A stretch of DNA of 64,000 bases from a virus. A model generated the notes under the pieces. That model saw only the letters and a program-made list of their open reading frames with translations, ran no database searches and was not told the DNA's origin. Location: positions 1 through 64,000 of IMG/VR virus record IMGVR_UViG_3300013212_000072, one strand, 5' to 3'. Every line of letters begins with the position of its first letter. Positions within the stretch are counted from its first letter, which is position 1. Shown piece by piece: positions 56,901 to 64,000 of this stretch. The position numbers and the translations under genes were made by a program.

Positions 56901-57690
56901 ACCTCAAAAAGTTGCAATTGGAAATCAAATAACATATACGCAATACTCGAATGGTATTTATTTACATGTTGACCATCCTCTTTTAAAAACATATAATGAC
57001 GGTGCGGTTCCTGGTTCTACTTTAAAACAAATTGCAAGTAACGGATTAATTGGAATGCCAAAAACTGCTTCGCTAAGAGCAACTGATGCCCATGGTAAAA
57101 AACAAACGCCACTTAGAATAATTGATACAATAAGTACAATAGAACCACCTACTGTAGATAATCAAACTGGAATTGTACAAGGTCTAAGACAGACGGGTAA
57201 AGCAGGATTCTCTCCAGAAGACCAATACTTATTAGGAGGAAGATCGTGCGGTTCTTTTCTTTATATCTCTCCATTAAATGTTAATTCATTAGTAGTAGAC
57301 TCTTCTAATAAAAGTGGTAAAAAGTTAATTCCAGGAGGAAGCGCGAACGCAGTGTCAGTTGATTTGGTATATCAGTACCGTATGACTGATTATTATGGAC
57401 CTAAAGCCACTGGAACTGGTAGAGTTGGTGGAATTTTAGATAATACTTTTACAAACTTAAGTTATGCTAAAAAAATAGGTATTGATATAATTGATTTTGG
57501 AAATAATGATTTTAAATTTGATGTTGAAGTAACCTCTAAATATGCAGCAGAAGGTAGAAATATTAATAATGTTACAAGCACGATGCTAACAACATATAAA
57601 CAAAATTACCAACCAGGAAGAGGAAGACGTCGATGGTTATCTTCTAGCTTTTTAGATCTTTCTTTCCCAGATATTAATAAGTTCTACTAA
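53968..57690 (+). CDS. Large virion structural protein
   Basis: 1240 aa with a coiled coil and an FN3-like segment (SEAG.P...ESDWS). Confidence 0.55.
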   Translation: MSASNSISQLLEQFLELNTNSLETFVRINEAITTDKETVSIDLFNSKTNKMETIQIPAFGYLKREIDRLNSNVSSISGLEGSNANVRLKDGSFRTIHTSRLKGPSPSITSLASPTQFSTKLNDFFENFLNPLLTINLDVSKQIPVETEKVYVERYIFNENDLTSITAFDELYKGGSEIVYSDFTTQLSNNNFVYYLDSQVIDMPIRKIQYTGFFDVIKIDNAQKNIVIDGTTQTKIVKLFTFNKLTFTDSTKTLKDTETLKTGDSLIVNSGNYRTRYQILSIDASTSQVELLLLEGSESIKLGVNQLGIYKAIDTDLNIEINVAFNERQVIFVKPIDPVSKIPAEDFSPGVGFYSNSLEMNDVAGNKMTLAEYYKNEVADFGQFLKSLKVDYIPPAASGIKPTPPVINVENFKVVQINKHLTDNTTTDKIKQLKSDKSSTEQSLKQLDESIKQKKSLINTKKFASQAESDTHKNELNSLVSQRESESKLFSSVVSEIKSSAESADLQTASPKYKVRGFWAVPEPKTIGNQVSQEVVQFKIRYRYVSTSGKTSNIDQLKFIDATNQTEKTAAFSNWVEVNGPVRKRAMDANGKYGWILESEEDANAVNFNSFDIAINPGEVVEFMIKSISEAGFPANPLESDWSPIEKIEFPQGEINTDNLGNVIKANELDLLKVQIQQDLESVGVYKHVGESFTVGSQTFAHSANTIASGFITDAQAPITVYEKLLALQNEVLSLRAVIEKTTGELLVRIIDENGNVTPVTNNSTVQLFAGYYSQEIPAVNGKGAIVTKNFKIELSNTKATDLELISRIVGDTTQPAPVSTNNTKFGLGTGTPDPVYNSDYYRDEAKYDLVPVIYQNINNLNTDYINSGPDQSSQLKGQFIYSRFKNIANDDNLYVITEGVNSDGNINTALPATDEGINSAYDKYEYGISYDFSIVPQDTINPEFKNFSGVGVTATAYIPISSSPNDFVWNGGFSGATPQKVAIGNQITYTQYSNGIYLHVDHPLLKTYNDGAVPGSTLKQIASNGLIGMPKTASLRATDAHGKKQTPLRIIDTISTIEPPTVDNQTGIVQGLRQTGKAGFSPEDQYLLGGRSCGSFLYISPLNVNSLVVDSSNKSGKKLIPGGSANAVSVDLVYQYRMTDYYGPKATGTGRVGGILDNTFTNLSYAKKIGIDIIDFGNNDFKFDVEVTSKYAAEGRNINNVTSTMLTTYKQNYQPGRGRRRWLSSSFLDLSFPDINKFY

Positions 57691-57757
57691 GAATTCTACC
57701 TCTTTATGTTGTTCCATAATCTGGGATATATAATATAAATAAAAAGAGGTGTCCTAG

Positions 57758-60700
57758 ATGGCTACAATTAATACTAGTACTGTAAACAATTCAATAGATA
57801 ATAAATCTTTTGTTTTATTAAGAACAAACCCAAAGTTAACAAGTAACTCAAAGTTACTTGTTAACTCTAATGGTGACCTATTCTTAAGTTCTTTTAGAGC
57901 AAATAAAGAACTTTCTAAAATTGAGTATCAAAAATATGAGGTTAAATCTTCTGGGATATATTCTATCGATATCGCTAATTTCTATAGAAATCTTCCACTA
58001 ACCCAAAGATATGAAACTCTTAGAGCATCTTCAGATATTACCCTATTTTCTGAGTATGAATTTCAATACGAAGACCAGTATCAATATGGTGCAATCCAAA
58101 ATACTACTAAATTATATGATGAGCAATATAAAATATTTGCTCCAATTTGGCTTGAAAAACAAGTACCTTCTAAATTTGTAATTTATAGAATCGAGGACGT
58201 TGATTATGCAACTAACTATAGTGAAGATACTATCGGACAAAATTCTAGGATTTTAGAACTTCTTAAAAATGCAACAATAATTAAAACAATTGATTTAGGT
58301 AAATCTTCAAAAATTGGAGAATACTTAAATACTCATGTTAACGATAAAAGATTTCCAAACTCAGCGCTTACTATAAATTTTAAAGAAGGTTCTCAATCAA
58401 CATTTAATGGTATTGATATTGTCAATGGTGGATTTACTGTTAAAACAGAGCAATTAGACAGAGATTATGTTCAAGTTGATTATCCTGAAATTTTTAGCAA
58501 CCAAACCATAACAAATGGATTTGAAAGAAATGGTATTGTTTCTGCTAATATAATTAATTTAGAATTTTTGTTTGATGATTATACTGCAGAAAACTATAAA
58601 ATTTATCGATACTTTGGTATTTATGTAGATGATATTGACGAGGGAGACTTTGGTTCTATTGGACTTGATTCTCATGGTTATTTGAATATTGAATATAATA
58701 GTTACAAAACATTTTATGACTTAAGTCAATTTTCAATTTCAATTACTGATATTAATATGTTTCCTGGAAACGATCAATTCCAAATTCCAACGCTTCAATA
58801 TGTTAAAGACAAAATAGGTACTTTTTATAATATAAAAAATTCAACTAGCAAATTAATTAATGCAGGTAATTCGGGACTTGGCATACCTCCAATATGGTCT
58901 TATAAGTTTTTAATCTCTCCAAATAACAATGATGAAAAATCTTTTATTGGATATGCAAAAAATGGTAAGAAAATAACAGCAGATCTAAAAAAACCAAGCT
59001 ACAAAGGATTTATTAAAGTAACTATAAAAGATATTCCAAGTGCTAATGATAGAGTTTTTATTGGAGATAAAACGGAACTTCAAATCTCGCAATACAATTT
59101 AGGAGACTATATTGTTGTTGCAAGTGCAGATCCTATGCTTCCTCCTGGTAGAGCAAATGGAAATAAGTTTTCAAACCAAGGAAGTTTACAACAAATAGCA
59201 ATCGCATTTGCCTCTGCTATTAACAATGGAGAAATTATAACGTATAAAACAAAAGTTATTGATACTTCGATAATTATTGAAGAGATAGTTTCTGGAAATA
59301 AAAGAAGACAAACAGCGTTTGGCGTATATAACCTTAATTTTGTTGATTTTATTACAGTTGAGGATAGTGAATTTAATGATATTGGTCTAACTCCATATAT
59401 CCCAAGCGATTGGAGTATATGGACAACTATAGCAGGATCAGTTGAAGGGCAATCAATTCTTGTTAAGTCTTCAGAAATTGGGAATGTACAGGTTGGAGAA
59501 TATTTAAAACAAAAAGATTCTGATAAATTTGTTAAAATTATAGAAATTAATCGGGACCCATTTGATACTGATTATTATAGAGTTATTTTAGATAGGGTCA
59601 CAAAACTTTCAAATGATAGAGTATATGAAGTTTACGATGAATATAAAACAGTTCATGGTAGATTTGCAGCATACGATTTTAAAGATTTCGATTTTGATTT
59701 TTATTCAACCAGAAACTCAGACTTAGGAGACCTTGTTTATGATAAAATTAAAATTAGAAAAAATAATCCAGAATTTATAAGCACAGCAGAAACACCTTCA
59801 ATACCTGAGTATATTGATGTTGTAGAGGATGTTAATGCACAATCTTTTTATTCAGGCCTTAGAGATATTTTATCTGGAGAAACTTCAAACACGGTCGTGA
59901 AAACAGAATTATTAAACGAATATGACCGACTTAAAGAAAATAGTCTTAAAGAAACCGCTCTTTTAAGTAGAGTTGTTCCTACTATTTGTAAATATGAACT
60001 TAAAGACGCATCAAACGCTAGAAATTTACCATACATTTTAAATGTTAATGAAGCGTTTGGAGATGATAATTTATCGCCAAATATAGAATTAGATTCAAAA
60101 AGAAATGTTGAATTTTTAAATATGGAACATTTCTATCTAAATAAGATTCCAACTAATATATTAAGTGATAGAAAAGACTTAAATAATTATTTAGATTTTG
60201 CAAATGATGGAGGTTTAACGGTTGATAAATTAAAAAGAACTGATTTCAATTTCTTTGATAAACATTTCAATTGGACTGGATATGTTAAATACGGAGCAAA
60301 TGAAACATGGTTTAATAATAAACCAAAAAGATTATGGTCTAAATTTGATATAGGTAATTTTGAAAAAAATTCATCAACTGTTTTTAGAGGCCTTCGATAT
60401 GTTTTCCAAAAAAGAAAAGAAATTACAAATGATATTCCAACTGAATTCTTAAAAGGAATCGATATTAGTGATTATAAATTTGGAGCATATCTTAATTATG
60501 TTAGTGATAATACTATTACTTCAAATTCAATCGTCTTTAATTGTATTAAAAATGACAAGTTTAAATTTATATGCGTTGAAATATCATTAAATGTTGAAGA
60601 AAATGATATAGCGGAAGATGAACTAAATCGATATTTATTGTATACTTTAACTGATTTAAAGGACAATATTACAGGCGATATTATTAATACTAGTATTCCA

Positions 60701-62335
60701 TTTCGTATTGATATTGCAGGAGCCTTTCCAGGGGTTGATGAAAATGGATTGGAAGGTGAAGACATTCCTTTTATTGTTAGAGCCCATGATACTTCAATTT
60801 CTGCAGGAGATGCAAAGTTTACTAATTTTGTTAAAAGGGATTCTTTTGGTGAATATTCTTGGATATATTTTGATGCGCCATCAGAAACATATGCCGTAAA
60901 GGTTATTGATGTTATTGATGACTATTCAATTTTAGTAAGTGGATATCCTTGGAAATTTAATATAGCTTTAGCCACACCAATTACAGATGAAAATGAACCT
61001 GATCCTCGATTAACTCCGGAACTTTTTTCATTAGTGCCTATTACAGGTCCTTTTTATTATTCACAAGGAGGTAAAAATGAATTTGCTAATTTACTAGATT
61101 CAATTAGTGCTTATAAATATTCTCAAAGATTTAATTCTTTTGGGCAGATAAATTATATTACAATTCCAGCGGATGGAACTCTAGCAACTGAAAATGATTT
61201 TATTCTTTCAGTAGAATCTGGAGTTGATGTTACAAAACCTTCTATTATCCAGCCGGCGGCAGATGCAGAAAGACCAAAGGCATATAGATTGTCCTCAAAT
61301 CAAATTGGTAATGTTATAGAAGAAAGAGAAGATGGAGGATATGTATCTATTTTAAGAAGAATGAATGGAGATTATAATCCTATATTCAATGATATTATAA
61401 CATTCTCTGATATTAATTCCGATAAAAAAGTTGAATTAGAATCTATATTCCCTCCGGAAGAACCTGAAGTTGAAGATGCTGCATTAGTTACTTACAATAA
61501 ATTAAATGGTAAGGGAATCTCTTTTGATTCTTTTAAAGAAAATACAACTAATTATGGTTTTATTAGTAACTATTTTTATCATAAAGTTAATGAACAGGAC
61601 TCAAAAAATATATTAAAACTTTCTCAAACAACTGATAAATTACCGTTGTACCCTTTGATTGGTGAAATTGCAATTGATAAAAAAGATATTAATGTTTTTA
61701 AATCTAAGTATTCAAATGATTATTTTACAAGAGCCCTAAGTGGCGGAGAATTTGAAGTAACAAATGGAACCCTAAGTCCTGTAGAAAAGAAAACATTCAT
61801 GACATCAACCATTATGAAAGTTAGAGATACTTATGACATAACAAAGTTTGATAATACTTACGAAGTTTCAATCGAAGTCCTAGATAAAATAAGATTTGCT
61901 CAATCAAATACAACATCTATACATTGGATTGAAGATGCATCTCAAGTTATTGCAGATTTTTATTTGCCAACTGCTATATTAAATGAACTAATTGAAGATG
62001 GAATTGAAAATAATTTTAGAAGGTATGTTAGTGCTGCAAATTCATATGGAGATAAATCTTCGATAAAAGATGATTTGCAAATATACTCAAAGTCAAATAT
62101 ATCTCCTCGTTTTATTATTGATTCAATTAAAATATATGGAATTGAGGCTAAAGGATTAGAGACTAATTTTGTATCGGTTACTCAAACTTCGCAATTGACC
62201 CTTGATAATTATGTAGAATTGACTAATTTTAACATTCAAAGTTATCAAAATGACGGATTAAGTTTTAGACTAATATATAATAAAAAACATGGGTATTCTT
62301 ATAACTTTAAAATACACATTAAAATACAAGCATAA
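57758..62335 (+). CDS. Large virion structural protein
   Basis: 1525 aa with LLRTNPKLT, NLEFLFDD and YRYFG.Y; late promoter upstream. Confidence 0.55.
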   Translation: MATINTSTVNNSIDNKSFVLLRTNPKLTSNSKLLVNSNGDLFLSSFRANKELSKIEYQKYEVKSSGIYSIDIANFYRNLPLTQRYETLRASSDITLFSEYEFQYEDQYQYGAIQNTTKLYDEQYKIFAPIWLEKQVPSKFVIYRIEDVDYATNYSEDTIGQNSRILELLKNATIIKTIDLGKSSKIGEYLNTHVNDKRFPNSALTINFKEGSQSTFNGIDIVNGGFTVKTEQLDRDYVQVDYPEIFSNQTITNGFERNGIVSANIINLEFLFDDYTAENYKIYRYFGIYVDDIDEGDFGSIGLDSHGYLNIEYNSYKTFYDLSQFSISITDINMFPGNDQFQIPTLQYVKDKIGTFYNIKNSTSKLINAGNSGLGIPPIWSYKFLISPNNNDEKSFIGYAKNGKKITADLKKPSYKGFIKVTIKDIPSANDRVFIGDKTELQISQYNLGDYIVVASADPMLPPGRANGNKFSNQGSLQQIAIAFASAINNGEIITYKTKVIDTSIIIEEIVSGNKRRQTAFGVYNLNFVDFITVEDSEFNDIGLTPYIPSDWSIWTTIAGSVEGQSILVKSSEIGNVQVGEYLKQKDSDKFVKIIEINRDPFDTDYYRVILDRVTKLSNDRVYEVYDEYKTVHGRFAAYDFKDFDFDFYSTRNSDLGDLVYDKIKIRKNNPEFISTAETPSIPEYIDVVEDVNAQSFYSGLRDILSGETSNTVVKTELLNEYDRLKENSLKETALLSRVVPTICKYELKDASNARNLPYILNVNEAFGDDNLSPNIELDSKRNVEFLNMEHFYLNKIPTNILSDRKDLNNYLDFANDGGLTVDKLKRTDFNFFDKHFNWTGYVKYGANETWFNNKPKRLWSKFDIGNFEKNSSTVFRGLRYVFQKRKEITNDIPTEFLKGIDISDYKFGAYLNYVSDNTITSNSIVFNCIKNDKFKFICVEISLNVEENDIAEDELNRYLLYTLTDLKDNITGDIINTSIPFRIDIAGAFPGVDENGLEGEDIPFIVRAHDTSISAGDAKFTNFVKRDSFGEYSWIYFDAPSETYAVKVIDVIDDYSILVSGYPWKFNIALATPITDENEPDPRLTPELFSLVPITGPFYYSQGGKNEFANLLDSISAYKYSQRFNSFGQINYITIPADGTLATENDFILSVESGVDVTKPSIIQPAADAERPKAYRLSSNQIGNVIEEREDGGYVSILRRMNGDYNPIFNDIITFSDINSDKKVELESIFPPEEPEVEDAALVTYNKLNGKGISFDSFKENTTNYGFISNYFYHKVNEQDSKNILKLSQTTDKLPLYPLIGEIAIDKKDINVFKSKYSNDYFTRALSGGEFEVTNGTLSPVEKKTFMTSTIMKVRDTYDITKFDNTYEVSIEVLDKIRFAQSNTTSIHWIEDASQVIADFYLPTAILNELIEDGIENNFRRYVSAANSYGDKSSIKDDLQIYSKSNISPRFIIDSIKIYGIEAKGLETNFVSVTQTSQLTLDNYVELTNFNIQSYQNDGLSFRLIYNKKHGYSYNFKIHIKIQA

Positions 62336-62338
62336 TTA

Positions 62339-63952
62339 ATGGCTATTAATATAAAAGAACTTTTTGTAACTGATCTCGATCCAAATAGTGGAGCCTGGTG
62401 GTCTGTTGACAAGGTCGATAAGATTAATTATAATTTTAATCAGTTTTTAAACGGAGGTGCACCAGGACCTCAGGGTACTATCGGAGTAGATGGCGGGTTT
62501 GGTCAAACTGGACCCCAAGGAGACACTGGATATAAAGGTTCCCAAGGTTTTCAAGGGTATCAAGGCTCCGGAATTTTTAATGAGTGGGAATATTTTCCAG
62601 AGGGCGATGGTTTGCCAGGATATTTATCTCCTAGAAAAAATACTATTGGAGTAAATCAATCGGCACCAGTTGCTCTAAGAATAGGATTCCAAGGCAATGA
62701 TACTGGAGTATATAATGTAGGCTCTGCACAACAGGCTACACCTATTCAAATCGTAAAAGCTAGAGATAGTTGGGTTAATTTAAGAGTTGAAGATAACGGA
62801 GGTTTTAATGGTTATAATTTTGGGTTTGATATTGATTGTGGTTGTCCCGGTGATGCGCATTTTAAGATTTCTCCAGGGCTTGCAGGTACTGAATTTAGAA
62901 TTATTTATACAGCAGAAAATATAGTACTAAAAACAGGAGATACACATACTTCTTTAATAGATTCAATCACTATCACAAACTCTGAAATTACTGTAAACAC
63001 AGGAGGAAATTCCGGAGTTCCATTTTTTCTAGGAGAGCCTTCGGGTAAAACTACAAAATCTAAAGATGCATTTATATTTACTACAGGCGCTATAAAAGAT
63101 AGAGTTCTTGTTTCTAATAATACTAATGGAAACGTTGAATGGAAAGATGCTAAAAAAGTCTTTGGTACATTTCCAATAGGTTCTATAATTTCAATTAGGC
63201 CGGATGAATTTAATACTGATCATTTTTGGCTAAATGACTCAGTAGATGTTGCTTCAGGTTCTCTATTAAATAATATATATGGAAGAGGAAAGATAGGTAC
63301 AGATTTTGAAAGATGGTACCTTTGTAATGGAGAGACCTGGGAAACGGAAGAGGGGTTTAATCAATATTTAACGCCAGATCTAAATAATTTTAGTTATACC
63401 ATAAGCGCAAATGGAGGTGCTCAAAGTTTGGTTACAGCGCCTGAGCTGGATCCAATAGTAATTGGAGGATATGATTTAACGATGTATGCAAATACAGATA
63501 TAGATGGATTATACAAAATAGAATTTACTACCCGTATTTTAGATAATGACACATCACCCGGAAATAATACTATTTCTATGCCAATTTCTGGTTCTACGCA
63601 TACCGTAAGTTCGATGATTCATATTGTTTATTTAGAAAATCCAAATTTAAAATGGTCAGTTGGTGGAAGTAGCACTCCTCCGGTTACTGTAAATACAATT
63701 ACTTTAACAGAGCCAGGTGCTACCGACGCATTAACATGCAATTTACCACTGACATCTTATTATGATTGGAATGGACCTGATGCAACAACTTGGAATACTT
63801 TTGAAGTTTCTTCATCAGTATATAAATTGTTTAATCTTAATACCACAATATATGCCCCATCTGGATGGTATACTAATATTTATGGATATCCAATATATTG
63901 GAGCTCAAGCATTGGTAAATTTACTCAAAGAGGAACTTTATGTACTACGTAA
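62339..63952 (+). CDS. Tail fibre with a collagen-like repeat and a tail-collar-like domain
   Basis: About 12 G-X-Y repeats; FPIGSII...WYLCNG...TPDL. Confidence 0.7.
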   Translation: MAINIKELFVTDLDPNSGAWWSVDKVDKINYNFNQFLNGGAPGPQGTIGVDGGFGQTGPQGDTGYKGSQGFQGYQGSGIFNEWEYFPEGDGLPGYLSPRKNTIGVNQSAPVALRIGFQGNDTGVYNVGSAQQATPIQIVKARDSWVNLRVEDNGGFNGYNFGFDIDCGCPGDAHFKISPGLAGTEFRIIYTAENIVLKTGDTHTSLIDSITITNSEITVNTGGNSGVPFFLGEPSGKTTKSKDAFIFTTGAIKDRVLVSNNTNGNVEWKDAKKVFGTFPIGSIISIRPDEFNTDHFWLNDSVDVASGSLLNNIYGRGKIGTDFERWYLCNGETWETEEGFNQYLTPDLNNFSYTISANGGAQSLVTAPELDPIVIGGYDLTMYANTDIDGLYKIEFTTRILDNDTSPGNNTISMPISGSTHTVSSMIHIVYLENPNLKWSVGGSSTPPVTVNTITLTEPGATDALTCNLPLTSYYDWNGPDATTWNTFEVSSSVYKLFNLNTTIYAPSGWYTNIYGYPIYWSSSIGKFTQRGTLCTT

Positions 63953-63973
63953 TTAAAATAATATATAATCTAA

Positions 63974-64000
63974 ATGATAATTAACCTTAAACAGATACGA
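63974..64000 (+). CDS. Start of the next structural gene (truncated by the window edge)
   Basis: MIINLKQIR resembles the MAINIKELF start of the preceding fibre gene. Confidence 0.4.

Noticed and set aside
12215-60899. Numerous short minus-strand or nested ORFs in the track
   Set aside because: They are shadows of long, motif-bearing plus-strand genes.
1-64000. Stop-codon reassignment, tRNA genes, or a reverse transcriptase/DGR/retron system
   Set aside because: Long genes are intact in code 11 and TAA, TAG and TGA all terminate genes. No cloverleaf, RT motif or TR/VR pair was recognised by eye; tRNAscan-SE would be needed to be certain.

Overview
AT-rich, gene-dense 64 kb segment of a large tailed dsDNA myophage genome with a T4-like baseplate, read in the standard code. 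The host is probably Bacteroidota/Flavobacteriia. This is inferred from a Bacteroidota-type ClpP N-terminus, TAnnTTTG-like promoter boxes and A-rich leaders without Shine-Dalgarno sites. Layout: a tail-fibre gene and small late genes (1-4.7 kb); an island of divergent early genes, each behind a repeated promoter and bracketed by two GC-rich non-coding blocks (4.7-11.7 kb); a protein-quality-control and nucleotide-metabolism region (12-33 kb: ClpC, ClpP, DnaJ, PhoH, RNase HII, UvsE, dCMP deaminase, a ThyA-fold enzyme, a double glycosyltransferase and three homing endonucleases); and a baseplate/tail module (33-64 kb) containing a ribosomal protein S1 homologue, a fourth homing endonuclease and an amidoligase. 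Main hypotheses: (1) a phage ClpC lacking its N-domain, plus ClpP and four paralogous UVR-motif proteins, forming an adaptor-programmed protease; (2) homing endonucleases that inserted into phoH and uvsE carrying a replacement 3' gene end and left the original end stranded; (3) enzymes tagged with a T4-like capsid-targeting peptide, likely injected effectors; (4) an Asp-type ThyA-fold enzyme implying modified cytosine; (5) three promoter classes and start-codon-sequestering hairpins. All protein calls come from motif recognition by eye. No database searches were run.
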